A DNA stretch of 64,000 nucleotides from Balanoglossus misakiensis (GCA_040954595.2 CM082586.2:9641337-9705336); one strand, 5' to 3'. Numbered from the stretch's first letter, positions 1 through 12,482 are shown. Program-made: numbers and translations. Notes: a model not told the origin generated them from the sequence alone.

Positions 1-455
1 TATCAAGATATACTCATATGCTGTGATGCTCGAGCAAAATGCAGTAAAAAATATAAATAGAAAAGTGAAACAAGATTTCGCAAAAATGTTAAATAATAAC
101 AGTCGAACTATATTGAACTTGTGGACATAGTGAAAAACATAGTTCACAAGTTGTCGTTAAAAGCGAAGCTTTCCAAAGAATGTTAAAGGGGCAAAGTTTG
201 TCTCTCGCTGCCCTTTGGTTTTGAACTATGGGTTTGAAATTATCAAGATATACTCATATGCTGTGATGCTCAAGCAAAATGCAGTAAAAAATATAAATAG
301 AAAAGTGAAACAAAGATTGTGCAAAAATGTTAAATAATAACAGTCGAACTATATTGAACTTGTGGACATAGTGAAAAACATAGTTCACAAGTTGTCTTTA
401 AAAGCAAAGCTTTCCAAAGAATGTTAAAGGGACAAAGTCTGTCTTTCGCTGTCCT
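1..455. repeat. ~240-bp tandem repeat (about 2 copies visible, probably continuing left of the window); each unit ends in a Kolobok-like MITE left terminus
   Basis: TATCAAGATATACTCATATGCTGTGATGCT starts at both 1 and 241, and the units are nearly identical; TTAAAGGG(G/A)CAAAGT occurs at ~183 and ~424. Confidence 0.9.
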
Positions 456-600
456 TTTCTATTAATAATGTTTGATACAAGACAGTGTTCGTATTATTCT
501 ACATGTGGATATATAGAGAATCCATATTCAATGACAAACAACTTGCATCGTGTTTGTAGGATGTGATAGTGGGAGAAACGCCATGAAATGAGTATGATAA

Positions 601-1700
601 CTACTGTGAGTGAAGGGTGAATGATGTGATGACGCGGCTGTGGATGTCATAGGTAATGGAGAAGTCATGAGTTTCAGTCAGGAAGGTGGATGCTATGTTA
701 TCAGAAGTGAAGAGTACGAGTGGGTTTCCTTGTGGTTGGCCGTAATGTTGGGGGTTCAGTGTAGATAGGTATGCTGTAAGTGTGGTTTTGTGAAAGTATA
801 GTTCCAGGTATTCGTCATTGTGTTGTACTGTAATTGAACCGGTGAACTGGATGGGCATGTTTGTGGTATGTTGGGACGAGTGGCATTTTGTGCATTTTAT
901 CAGAGTTGGGAGTGTGTCATTTGGGTATGGTATGGTTTGGTTGCAGTTGTGTTTTATACATGTCAGGGTTTTTTGGAATGAGCATAGGTGTGGTTTGGTT
1001 ATCAGGGTGTTTGTGTTTGGGTCAGTGTAGTGAGTGGTGTAGTTTTGCAGTGTTGTGGTTGGTGTGATTTTTGTGTTTGTGTGTGTGGATAAGTATTTTT
1101 GGCCGAGGTAAGATCTAACTGTTACTTCATTGAAACTGTATGATGTGTTAATGTGTAGGCTGTTGCTGAATGGCCCCCAAGCTGACAAGCGAATGGCTGT
1201 GGTGTGATCGGAAATTATGTTGTTTCTCATGGGAAGTGATTTGTGTGTAGATTTTAAGCCATACTGAATGTTGTCCTGTTGTATGATGTGTGCAGTGATG
1301 TTGATGTGTTCGTAATCTTTTTTCATGTGGACTGTATTTAGGGGAGTGATGATGTTTGGTTGCTGACAATAAGGGAATGTGCATGTGTTAATGATTTTTA
1401 TGGTTGTGTTGATTTGCAGTTTGATCTCGTCTTCGTCAAGTTTGTTAAAGCATGGTTGAAATTTTATGTCATAGAGAGTAATGGGTAGTTTCCCTGTAGC
1501 TGCAATGTTGAGAGAATCGTAATGTTTTTGTGCTGAAAATGATATGAATCTGATGTATGTACTGGTGTTTGTTTGTAGCTGTCCGGTGAGTCTTGTGCCT
1601 GTCTGATGCAAGTTGTGGACATACCCAGTGGCTGTTGTTGGTTTGGTTGTTGCAGATGCTGGATTGTGGATTTGTAGCATTCTTCGTTTCATGGAAGGAG
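601..1700 (-). CDS. Terminal exon encoding an RPA70-like ssDNA-binding protein (tandem OB folds plus C4 zinc ribbon), probably Helitron-associated
   Basis: 363-aa ORF with OB-fold-like segments (TGYVHNL; IISDHTTAIRLSAWG...SYSFNEVTVRSYLGQKYLST) and CIKHNC...CTKC; minus-strand TTTCCAG acceptor at 1701-1707 enters in phase 1. Confidence 0.6.
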
Positions 1701-1790
1701 CTGGAAATATAGACAGTAATAGTGTGATTGTGTAGTGAATGTTAAGGGTGTGTATTTCAGTTGCTGAGAATATAGATAAGTGGAAGTTAA

Positions 1791-2105
1791 AGGGACAAAT
1801 TCCTCTCTTGCTGCTGTTTCAACATTAATTATGTTTGATACAAAACACTGTTCATGTAATTCTACAAGTAGATATATAGTGAATTAATGTTTGACCATAT
1901 ACAACTTTTATGGTGCTTGTTGACATATTGAAATGAATAATTATTCTGTACTGTGTATTCATAGAGGCGAATTTGTACTGTTGTATGATATAAACGGGGT
2001 GGAAGTTGTGTGTTGTTGAACATTGCAGGTTCACTATATCCATATGGAATAACATGAATGGTGTGTTTGACAAAACATAATTACAGGAAAGGGAGAGACT
2101 TTGTT
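1791..2105 (+). mobile_element. Degenerate copy of the Kolobok-like MITE
   Basis: TTAA|AGGGACAAAT start; internal sequence similar to 4834-5179 and 55724-56070; decayed right end GGGAGAGACTTTGT. Confidence 0.7.
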
Positions 2106-2964
2106 GCTGTAACGGGAACAGTATACACATGATGATTGACAATAAGGGCAACAGTGTATTTTGATGATTGAGGACGCTGCTAGTCACAACTAAAACAGTC
2201 TTGTTTGGAAAACAGACTGTATTGGTGTGACTGGCAGTCCCGAGGTCATCAAAAATACACTGTTCCCTAAATATGTAAGTCATCATGTGTTTTATAACAC
2301 ACCAAACACGACACACACCACATCCAGGCAACATTACTGGGCAGAAACAGATCGAACTGATGCCTTAGGGAACAGTGCGAAATGACTAAGGTCATGTGAG
2401 AGCATTTTGACGAATTGCAATCGAGGGTTCACTGCATGGTGGTTCACTGCATGGTGTGTTATAACATAGTTTGTGTACATAGAGAAATAGATACATACAT
2501 ATGGAATATGTGACTTCATGAATATGCACAGTCAATAAAAGGAAGGAACTTGTGTGCTGATGTGGACAGAGACACAAGGGATAGTTTTGCAACAACTAAG
2601 AGTAGAAACTCTGCACACCACAAATTAGAATAAGCAGGTACTCATTGTTATGTGAAAGTGGCAACCCTAATCAACATTGCATCACCTATGTGCGTTTAAA
2701 AACCATGGCTTCCCCGTTGCATTTTTGACGGGTTAGTCTCCTGATGAGTGACCCCAGTGACTAGTGAAACAACATTGTAGAGATTATTTACTGCCTATTG
2801 TTTTTCAATAACTGTGACTTTTTATTCTGGTCTGGTGAGGTATTGAGCACTTTGTATGAGACTAGTTGAACCACATACTGCGTATACAGAAATGCATACA
2901 GAAATGTTATCGGTATGATTATGGTAACTTGAGTTTGCGTTAATTGGTTTGAAGTTGTACTCAC

Positions 2965-3021
2965 CATCTTCTGGTGCTGTACTGGTACTGGGGAACAGTT
3001 GTCTTTTTGCTGTTGTAGATG
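2965..3021 (-). CDS. 57-bp phase-1 microexon (ASTTAKRQLFPSTSTAPED) of the minus-strand gene
   Basis: CTTTCAACAG acceptor and GTGAGT donor on the minus strand; open frame; length is a multiple of 3. Confidence 0.6.
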
Positions 3022-3785
3022 CTGTTGAAAGGAATACATGTGTGTTAGGAGCTTCTTAGGATTGGGGTGTATACAAGAAACTGTTTAATGGGAATGTGTC
3101 ATCTGAATTGTGTGATAATAGTAATTGTGGAGGCTGTGTTCTTGTGGCTGTGACTTTGGGATGTAAAGGAAAATGGTGTGGCTGCTTTTGGAATGAAAGG
3201 TTGCAGTGTGGATTGTAATCTGTAAGCATGTGACACCTAGTATAGTGTAAATCAGTGTGTTAACAAATTGGGATGTTGTTCATTGTTGTGGGATATGAAA
3301 TGGCAGTGGCACATGTTGAGGTGAAGCCTAATTTTAAAGTAGTATAGTTTGGTATTAGATGTAATTGAATGAAGTAAGATATACTGAAATCAATGAAGCC
3401 GGCAGAGCTGACACTGCTTGGATTATTTTCCTGATTTTATTTCCTTACTTAAAATGGTTCATATGTAAGGTAAGTGACAGGATTACAGGAACACCTTTTT
3501 GGACACATGACTGAAAGTGTATGTTGCAATTTAAAAATGCTATGTATTGAGGGAGTGCTGCATCGATGTAGTCAGTGTCTATAAAAAGAGTACATAGCTT
3601 TTATGGTATGTGTAACCAAGAGATGATAAACTGATGCAAATAATAGTAGAGATTTTAGAGGAAAGAGGATATATTTGAAGAATTTTATGGAGGGGAAAAT
3701 GTGGGAAATTTAGCAGGTGTAAAAGCTTTAAGAGGTCTAAGGAATGTGTGTAGCATGTGTGGAAATCATATCGAGTGGTACATAC

Positions 3786-3872
3786 CATGTGAAGATGATG
3801 GTGGATTGCTGGCTTCAGAGGCTTGTATGGCCATGGTTTGTGTGGTAGTGGGCATTGTTACTGGAGTGGAAG
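3786..3872 (-). CDS. 87-bp phase-1 microexon (ASTPVTMPTTTQTMAIQASEASNPPSSSH)
   Basis: TTTCCTCAACAG acceptor, GTATGT donor, open frame; duplicated at 7996-8082. Confidence 0.6.
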
Positions 3873-4096
3873 CTGTTGAGGAAATAGAGACATGTAGAAA
3901 TTGTTGTCTATGTGGAAGCAATGGTCGATTTTAATGTCGAAAGAAATCTGAAGAGTGTTGTTGCTTGTTGTTTGTGAAGCTAAGCCAAAACACTCTTTGT
4001 GATCATGTGGTAGTATGGAACAAGGGAAATGTTGTTTCAGGGGAATCAGTGCTGAGGAATTATTGCATTGTTAAAATGTTATAGAATGGTACTTAC

Positions 4097-4195
4097 CATA
4101 TGTACACGATGGTGGATTGCTGTCTGCAGTGGCTTGTTTGCCCATGGTTTGTGTGAAAGGTGGTGATGTAGCTGGCATTCCTATTAGAATGGAAG
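4097..4195 (-). CDS. 99-bp phase-1 microexon (ASILIGMPATSPPFTQTMGKQATADSNPPSCTY), paralogous to 3786-3872
   Basis: TAG acceptor, GTAAGT donor, open frame; duplicated at 8307-8405. Confidence 0.6.
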
Positions 4196-4833
4196 CTATT
4201 TAGGAGAAGAAAATGTTGAATATGTAATGTAGGTAACGTTGATGATGGATAGGAATTTAAGGAACTTGCAGAGTGCTCAATTACGGTGTAATATGGTTGA
4301 ACTGTGAGTGACTTCCATTTTGGGGGTTATTACTTTAGTATGCTTGCTTTGTATGTTAACTGTACTTTTTGCAGAGCCATTGTGTACTATTCAGAATTGT
4401 TTTAAAATAAATGGAAATATGGACTTCACTTGAGAAGCTCAACACTGCGAACATTTCATGAAGTTGTGCAAAGTAGAAGGGAGCGGAGTTGAAGCATAGG
4501 CGAATATAATACAGGGGAAAAAGTGTCAAAATCAGGATGACTAGTGGAGTCGAAATGTTAGTTATGTATTGTAAGGTTGGATGTTGAAAAAGGGAACTGG
4601 GGGTGGAAAGGTTAGGACTACATGGAAAGAAAAAGTTATATACACAGCCTTAAAGCTGATGTAGCTGTCAAATGTCACATATATTTTCCCGAAGTGAAAT
4701 AGTTTAAATGTATTGCCTGTGCTGTGAGATTCTTATCATTAAGTGATATAACTTGCATTTCTATTATTTTGTTATATCTTGGTAATGCATACCGTGATAG
4801 CTGATGTCTACTGTTTGTAAGGAGGCTGATTAA

Positions 4834-5179
4834 ACGGACAAAGTCTCTCTCCAGCTGCCCCTTTTCCATTAATTATGTTTGATACAAGACACGGGTAATG
4901 TTAATGTAAATGTTGATATATAGTGAATCAATGATCGACCACACAAAACTTCCATCCCACTTGTATGATATGAGAGTAAAACTCGCCCAAAATGAATAAA
5001 TGGTAAAGAACGATTATTCATTTTGGCGAGTTTTTTCACTCTCCTGTCTACAAGAGGGACGGAAGTTGTGTGTGGTTGAACGTTCATTCACTATATATCC
5101 ACATGTAGAATAACAAATGGTGTCTTGTATCAAATGTAATTAATGGAAAAAAGGGCAGTGAGAGAGAGACTTTGTCCCT
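4834..5179 (+). mobile_element. Kolobok-like non-autonomous DNA transposon (MITE), ~346 bp
   Basis: TTAA at 4830-4833 and 5180-5183; long TIRs A(C/G)GGACAAAGTCTCTCT...AGAGAGACTTTGTCCCT; TTAA target with purine-starting termini fits Kolobok rather than piggyBac. Confidence 0.75.
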
Positions 5180-5382
5180 TTAAATTGGTGTGGCACTGTT
5201 TGAATACATAGGATTTCCCAATGACTACATACAGCCACGATTGCATATTTATTAGTGAGCTTATTTAGATGGAGCAATTGTAGTTGGGAAATAAAATCAT
5301 GAAAAGTATGGCAAAAAATATCAGCTGTAGAGGTTTTTAGGAGAAGCTGTTGTTGGAAATAATAAATATGTATAATACTTAC

Positions 5383-5421
5383 ATGTACTTGGTGTACATG
5401 GTAATGTAGGTGGTGGTGTAT
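5383..5421 (-). CDS. 39-bp phase-1 microexon (DTPPPTLPCTPST)
   Basis: TTTACAG acceptor, GTAAGT donor, open frame. Confidence 0.55.
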
Positions 5422-6324
5422 CTGTAAATTGTAAAGATGAAAGAAGTATTGGGTATTATAATAATAGTTAATTTGTCAGGGCTTGCAGTGTACGCAAAGG
5501 GCGAAACCAAGTTGCATGAAATTGTATGTGAATTATGTAGAACATACAATAGACAAGGAGGGTTTCAATTAAGGTGGGATTGCAGGAGAAGTTGTGATTT
5601 GGGCAACTGTGAGTTTTGTACATAAATTGGTAGGTCTAATACTGATCCATTTTCGGACAAATGCGTTTTGGTGGAAATGGTGCATAATCATCGGGAAGTA
5701 GCACTTTTCAGAATGAGTCTACAGCTTGAGAAATAGGTGTCAGCAATGCAAATTGTTGCTGTTCTCAGTTTGCATTTTTGCTACTTTGGACTACTTCAGG
5801 AGAATTTAGTTTTTCTGTGCATTGGCCAAATTTGCTGAAATTTTAGCAGGAAATTGTGTATGACCCATGTAACAATATCAAAATATTTTTAGTCAATAAA
5901 GTGTCACTGGCAGTAATAAACTCTGATTCAATGCAACTCAACGTAAATTTGCTCAAATTGTCTAAAAATCTAACTTCCAAACATTCCTTCCTTAATGGGA
6001 GCAGATAACATCAAACGAAATTTTGGTAATTTTGCATGTGCACTCTAGTTTCGAATCATATATTAAGATGCATGATGCATGGTGAACTTTTTTAGCTGAT
6101 TTCAAGTGAATGGCATAAGATCAGGAAATGGGTTTTTACCGCAAAAATGCTACCATTTTGGAGGGTCAATAAAATTTGCAAGTCAAACAAAAGTGTGAGT
6201 TTTAACGTTGTCTTTGATGAGGAATAGGCCTCTGGAAAAGTCTTGATGGTTTAGTGCAATGCCACCTGAAGTGAGAACATGAATGAGTTCTAGTTCCTGC
6301 TGAGGCTTAACTCTAAAAATCACA

Positions 6325-6888
6325 TCAAGGACACGGTGGTCCCATGGAGTGATTACACAAGAAAAAGTATATGGCCATATACAGACAGACACACACACAC
6401 ACATAGCGAGAGATCAATGGGCAAACACTGACTGACCTATAAGCTGCCAATAGCATATGTACTTTGCATACACTAAATAGAACAGCTGACCTCTTTTAAA
6501 CTTAGCCAGTTATGTAATCATTGAGCAATTTGCTGTGTTTATATGAATCACAGGAGGGGACTTCCTGCCTAATTGAAAAACTCAATAAAGTAAATACACA
6601 TTACTTAGCAAAGTAATCTGACCAGTAGTTCTTGAGGGACTGAGTTTTGCCCAAAGTCATATTTTTCCAGCTAATTTGCATATTTCTTGCAATGACAACT
6701 TCATTTGAACAAACTCCTATCTACAGCCCAGCCTGCATCAGCACACCAAATATCAAGGTGACACACACAGTGGTTGTCAAGTTTTTGATGTGAATGGACA
6801 TACAGACAAACATCCAATTATCCATCGATCCATACAGACACAACCGATCCCATAAACTCCCATGGTACATACCAATGGGACCCAAAAA
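6325..6888 (+). mobile_element. HINE/DINE-like non-autonomous Helentron-type repeat
   Basis: GGTCCCATGG (~6337) inverted with CCAATGGGACC (~6871); ACAGAC/ACAC microsatellite; 3' hairpin CCCATGG..CCAATGGG followed by an A-run; related fragment at ~7690-7820. Confidence 0.45.
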
Positions 6889-7982
6889 TGATTTTTCCAG
6901 TTACAGTATCATTTACATTACAGTATCATTATCATTTGTTGAATGAAGTACATAAAGATCATGGAAGAGATTGTGTTGCAAGTGGGTTCTTCCCCTCCGT
7001 CTCATATGCATGAGCAAGGTAGTGAATTCTAGTGGTGGGGAAATCACCAGGAAGCCCTACTTGCTTTGTTATATCAAATGGTTTCTGGGGCATTAATTAT
7101 AGCACTGACACGTGTGTAGTTTGTCGCATACTTCATAGGTTATTGTGTGTAAATCAGTGTGTGTCCTGGTACAGCAGACAAATGCACATATGTGTACATG
7201 TGTACAGGGTGTCTGATTGACTAATTTTGACAAGGCGGCGAAGTTAGCCTTGCCCATTCTGTTATTTGTCAAATGATTTTTTTACGTGCATGTCATGCGA
7301 CTGTTAAATAATAACTGATGATAGCGAGGGGAAGATCACGATTTGAAGGTGGCATGAGGGATGGTGATGTCTGACCATAATGTTGTTGGCACTAGGACTG
7401 CAGGCGAGGGTATCATGAATATATTGGTGTGAGAGCACCAGCGTGAGGGCAAGCTTCAAATTGTGAGGTTGCTTGAGCATTACTCAAAAATATAGTATGA
7501 GTTGTTCAGCTTAATTTGGGGAAAAATGAGAACAGAACATGTTTGCATACAGTCAAATTATTATTGAACAATTAGAAAAGTTGTTTTAGAAAAGGAGATT
7601 TTTTGTACAATAAATGAGGGAAATGACAGAAAAAATCCCTGAAAACAGCCATTTTGTGGTATCATCACAAAATGGGAGAACTGTATAGAACGTATCAATA
7701 AAGTGAATACACACAAATTTGCAAAGAAATTTGATTAGTAGTTTTTGAGTTACTGAGTTTTCTCAAAATTCACATGTTTTTGCTAATTTGCATATTTTTG
7801 GTCATAACAACTTAATTTCAGTGAATTGGATTGTAGCCTAGGTAAGTACATATTATAACTGTTTGCAAAGAAGTGGGTAGGGACAATGTAATTGGAGTTT
7901 GTGATATTTTGCTATTATGGATCGATGGAGATTTTGTATGTGGTGATTAACAGTGTGTAGGAATTATAGTTGAAACTATATA

Positions 7983-8407
7983 GAGTGGTACATACCATAT
8001 GAAGATGATGGTGGATTGCTGGCTTCAGAGGCTTGTATGTCCATGGTTTGTGTGGTAGTGGGCATTGTTACTGGAGTGGAAGCTGTTGAGGAAATAGAGA
8101 CATGTAGAAATTGTTGTCTATGTGGAAGCAATGGTCGATTTTAATGTCGAAAGAAATCTGAAGAGTGTTGTTGCTTGTTGTTTGTGAAGCTAAGCCAAAA
8201 CACTCTTTGTGATCATGTGGTAGTATGGAACAAGGGAAATGTTGTTTCAGGGGAATCAGTGCTGAGGAATTATTGCATTGTTAAAATGTTATAGAATGGT
8301 ACTTACCATATGTACACGATGGTGGATTGCTGTCTGCAGTGGCTTGTTTGCCCATGGTTTGTGTGAAAGGTGGTGTTGTCATTGGCATTCCTATTTGAAT
8401 GGAAGCT
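7983..8407. repeat. Direct duplication, copy 2 of 3773-4197 (minus-strand microexons 7996-8082 and 8307-8405)
   Basis: Near-identical to 3773-4197, with splice signals retained. Confidence 0.9.
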
Positions 8408-8979
8408 GCCAAGAGAATAGAAATTTGTGAAATATGTGGTGTAATGGGAAGTGATGATGGATTGTAATTTGAAAAGTGTGAAGTGTGTTGGGTTTATTGT
8501 CATTTGATCTGTATACATTTTGAATCTAGTACTTTCATTTGGTGATGTTTGGTCAGTATTATTGTTTTCTGTATGAAGTGCACTTTGCTTGTGACATTTA
8601 AATCAATGTTCACTATTTTTGAAACAGGCAATTTTCAGAGAAGAGCATTGTGGTTGTTGTTAAACGAAATAAATTGGAATGTGGAGCCTTTATGAGTAAT
8701 GTGAACAGAGTAATTGTCTATGGGGGCAAGTCTCAGAGGTTATACATAAACTTTGTGTGTGTGTGGACACAAGTGACTCAAACGATTAATTCTCTGTGTT
8801 TATGAAATGCAAGTAGTGTTAAGAAAACTTGTTGGATTTTTTTCCCCGGTGTAACAGTGGTATATGTAATGTAGAACCACATGTGTATATCGATAAGATG
8901 TTTACTTAAACCTATGAGGTTCCGGACATTTTATGGTCAATTATGCTGTGTTTGAAATTGTGGTTATTATAATACTTAC

Positions 8980-9048
8980 TAGGTGTAAAGAATGGAGTAG
9001 TTGATGGTAAAGGTGGTGGTGGAGGTAGTTGTGGTGTTCCTGTTAAAT
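8980..9048 (-). CDS. Phase-1 proline-rich microexon (LTGTPQLPPPPPLPSTTPFFTP)
   Basis: ACAG acceptor, GTAAGT donor, 69 bp (60 bp with an alternative acceptor). Confidence 0.55.
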
Positions 9049-9255
9049 CTGTACGGTCAAAAAATAGAAATGGTAGAGTAAATTGATTTGAAGTCAACTT
9101 GGATTAATCTATATAAGTAAGCTATACTGATATGTATATATTAATGTCTGATGACAATTTGAATGTCATGGTTATAGTTGCAATGTGAAAATCTGGTAGA
9201 TTGGAAAAGTGTTGCAGTGTTGTAATCCCATGGCGAGTACACAAGTATCATGAGT

Positions 9256-9950
9256 GCCTTTCACACGTGCCGTCAACGCCGCCCCAGCAGCTGCCCTAGA
9301 GCGGCGTTAATTTGTAAGTGCCACGTGTGAAAAGGTGAGAGCGGACCTGCGCCGCTCTTTTTCTGGGACGGTGTTGAGGGGTGGGACCTGGGTCGGGGCG
9401 CCGCACTAAACAGCGATTCAAATCACGTGTGAACAGAAACACCGCACTAAACGCCGATCTAAACGCACTCTACCGACGCGGTTTGTCTCATTAAGCGCTG
9501 CATTAAGCATTGAGGTTCACTTTACTAAAACAATGGCCGAAGCAGTGTCTCGAGGCAACAATTGGAGTGACGCGGAAATGGCCAAGGCACATACACAGGA
9601 ATTGCAAACTCGACCTCCGACGACGATTTTGTAGCATGGACTGCAGTCTTCCAATCGCAACCTCCAATGAAAGGTTACCATAAACGGGTATGGGGTCATT
9701 CAAATGCCCATGAAATTGGCGTCGACGACGTTTAAAAAGCAAATTCAGGAGTACCATATACAGTGAACACATCACTGGATCCGCCATTGTGACCTTTTAG
9801 CCACGCTGCTGTGGACGCGCGTAGAGGGAGATGACCCCGTCCCTTTTATACACATGTGAATGCAAAACAATTTGAGTCGTTGATAAGAAATGTTACCAAC
9901 TTTTATAATCCCAAAAAGGGCGCCCTAACCATGGCACATGTGCAAGCGGC
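9256..9950. mobile_element. GC-rich degenerate TIR element, possibly PIF/Harbinger-derived
   Basis: GCCTTTCACACGTGCCGT is roughly inverted with ATGGCACATGTGCAAGCGGC; internal CAC(G/A)TGTGAA motifs at ~9322, 9424 and 9851; abrupt shift in composition. Confidence 0.4.
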
Positions 9951-10539
9951 TATGGTCATGACAGTTTGAGCAGTGCTTATGTTTTGTGTACACTACAAAA
10001 TAATCCGTGCTGATTAATCCTCTGGCAACCATGCTATTTGTCACATGCTACCTGGCAGCTCAAGAAAATGGTGGTAAGTTTCATGCAAATAGGCCTGCAC
10101 GTACATTGTAGGTAGTTAACAGCATCAGAAAACCTTCCTTGAGGAGGTTATAATTAAAGTGTGAGTGTCTTGGTCACCACTTGTAGAGAAAGATGTTGGT
10201 TGTTTTGGAGAGCAAATGCCAGCCACACTTAGTCATTGTTATGACAATCCCTGTCTACGAAGAGCATTTGTGCAGAGAGTTTTCCTCATGTTTGAAATTG
10301 CTGTGAGAATCTTAAACTGTTTCCTGCAAGAATTCTGTTGGAAGTAGATGACAAATTCATGCAAATACAGCTAATGTAGCTTAATGCGTTTTATTGTAAA
10401 GCATGGGGAGAATATTGAAGCATGTTATCGTTGGTAAAAAATGCAAAATGTGGCAGCTGTACAGGTTTAATAAAATGAATAGTGACAATGCGGACATTGA
10501 ATGGAAAGCGTCATGAGCGCATTGGACTGTACCATTGTC

Positions 10540-10716
10540 TGCTGCTATAGGTTTGAATGGGAATTAGGGTTAGGTTTTTGGTCGGAAAAGTTAGCGTTAC
10601 GGTTAGGTTAGGGTTATTGAGTACGTGTTTAAAATGACTGAAGTGATTGAGTTTTATGAATGAAGTCAAGTTTTGGCTGCGAACACCAGTAAATCTATAG
10701 CAGTATCTGCTATATT
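10540..10716 (+). mobile_element. Short HINE-like element with GTTAGG microsatellite
   Basis: CTGCTATAGGTTT (10542-10554) inverted with AAATCTATAGCAG (10691-10703), then hairpin partner CTGCTATA (10707-10714); TTAGGGTTAGG repeats inside. Confidence 0.45.
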
Positions 10717-11860
10717 CACTGCAGGTAAACTATATTCAAATGTTAATGCTAACCATGTGTAGTAGAGAATGCTAGAGTCCTAGGCACATAATGCCGATGC
10801 ACACTGTGGGTTGACCTTAGTATGAATACATTAGCTAAGTAAGGGTTTACCAAAAAGAAATGTTGTTTACTAAATAGGAATAGAATAATTGAAATGAAAT
10901 ACATAGGATAAGGGACCGTTCAGTTTTTACGGCAGGGGGGGGGGGCTGGCAAGTTTGTGTCATCAGTTCTCAAAATCAGGCCGACCCCCCCTTCACCCAG
11001 CACAAAAAAATGATGACCCCCCCTTTGACAGACCCAAAAATATGATGACCCCCCCCCCCCCCACGCTGAAAACATTCTCCGTCCTGATCCTATGTATACA
11101 CTGTATGCAATAAAGGGAATGGGGCTCCTCACCCCTCAATTATAAATTTCTTAAAGTAATTGAATTTTTTAATAATATCGTTGCAATAAAGAAATCTATG
11201 AACAAAATAAAATGACAAGTCAATACAATAGTTGCTAGAATTGGTAAAACAAGAAAAGTGGCGTGGGAGGGGGTGTCCCCCTCCCACATAAGAAAATTTT
11301 GTAAAATACGGTGCTCAAAGTTGCATTTTAATGAACTCAAAAGCAAATAAAGTCAATGTTAGGCAGGACGAATTTTGATTTTGCCACTCCACTCAAAGTA
11401 AGCATAGGGGTGGGGTGGGAATAAGTCTGCCCTGGTACACTAGACAAACCAGCGGATAAATGATATGTTGCATAGAATGTAGGGGGTGGGTGTGGGAGGG
11501 GGTGTCCCCCTCCCACATAAGAAAATTTTGTAAAATATGTAGCTCAAAGTTGCATTTTTATGAACTCAAAAGCAAATTCATCTCAATGTTTGGGAGGACC
11601 AATTTTATTTTTTGCCATTCCACTCAAAGTTAGAAGATTTGGCGTCATCTTCGTCATGACATCATTTATAAAACTTCCAATATATAGAAGATGCAGCACG
11701 AAACTATCAGTTATGCAAAATGGTTTAAAAGTTTATTCTCCTTTATGTATTAACTTTGTTAAATATTATCATCAGTGGGTTTGGGGTTGCAAGCACTCTG
11801 CCCTGGTAGAATAGTCAAACCAGCAAAAATCGATATGTTGCAAAGAATGTAGGGGGTGGG

Positions 11861-12482
11861 TGTCATGAATTCAATGCATATTCATAGTTTCGTTTGTCGC
11901 ACTGCGCTTATGTCATGAATTCAATGCATATTCATAGTTTCGTTTGTCGCACTGCGCTTTTTTTGACCTGGCGTTTGCGGTCAGTGCGCAGGCGTCCGTG
12001 TAATTTTTTTTTTCTCCGTATTAAATTTGGAAGCCCACGTGTATGCGTCCCCGTGTTTTTTTTTACCCAAGCAGTTGCTGGAAGGAAGGTGGATACGACG
12101 CCCAAGTACATGTAAGTTTTGAACATGTCAATGCGTTAGTGAAAGTTGGTAGTGCGAATCTGAGGGGATATGATGATGGATTTTGATGGTAGCCGCCGTC
12201 GTGGATGAATACCGTTCCCTTTGAACCGGCTGTTCGGGAACTCTCTGTTGAGTCGCGGCTTCTCGTGACACGCAGCTTTGAATGAATATACAAACATCAC
12301 TGTTTCTTCCCTGTCATTAAAATTATCGAACGTAATTGTCATTGCAAATATTTCACAGACGGTATTTTGTCGTTTCGTTAATTACTGACAAAAGATATCA
12401 GAGCTTTCTTTTCTGACAATAAAATATCTTGAAGATCCAAAGTGTCTCTTGCTGGCAAGCAAATTTTCCTCACGCCGTGACA
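11861..12482 (+). repeat. 5' LTR
   Basis: Matches 17535-18156 except for poly-T length changes and about one substitution. Confidence 0.97.

Larger units (their letters stand above)
3773..4197. repeat. Direct duplication, copy 1 (copy 2 at 7983-8407), carrying two microexons and the intron between them
   Basis: Near-identical sequence at an offset of 4210 bp. Confidence 0.9.

Noticed and set aside
4834-5179. piggyBac assignment for the TTAA-flanked MITE
   Set aside because: Termini start with AGGG rather than CCC/YY, which fits Kolobok better
9503-9787. 94-aa ORF MADPVMCSL...
   Set aside because: No recognisable domain; it lies in a degenerate TIR element and is at most a transposase leader remnant
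9960-10360. Possible decayed tyrosine recombinase on the minus strand (KHK-T-like and RKTLCT-like snippets)
   Set aside because: It needs several frameshifts and stops, and the motif order is reversed; not supportable by eye
10563-10616. Telomeric TTAGGG repeats
   Set aside because: Only a few degenerate units inside a small interspersed element
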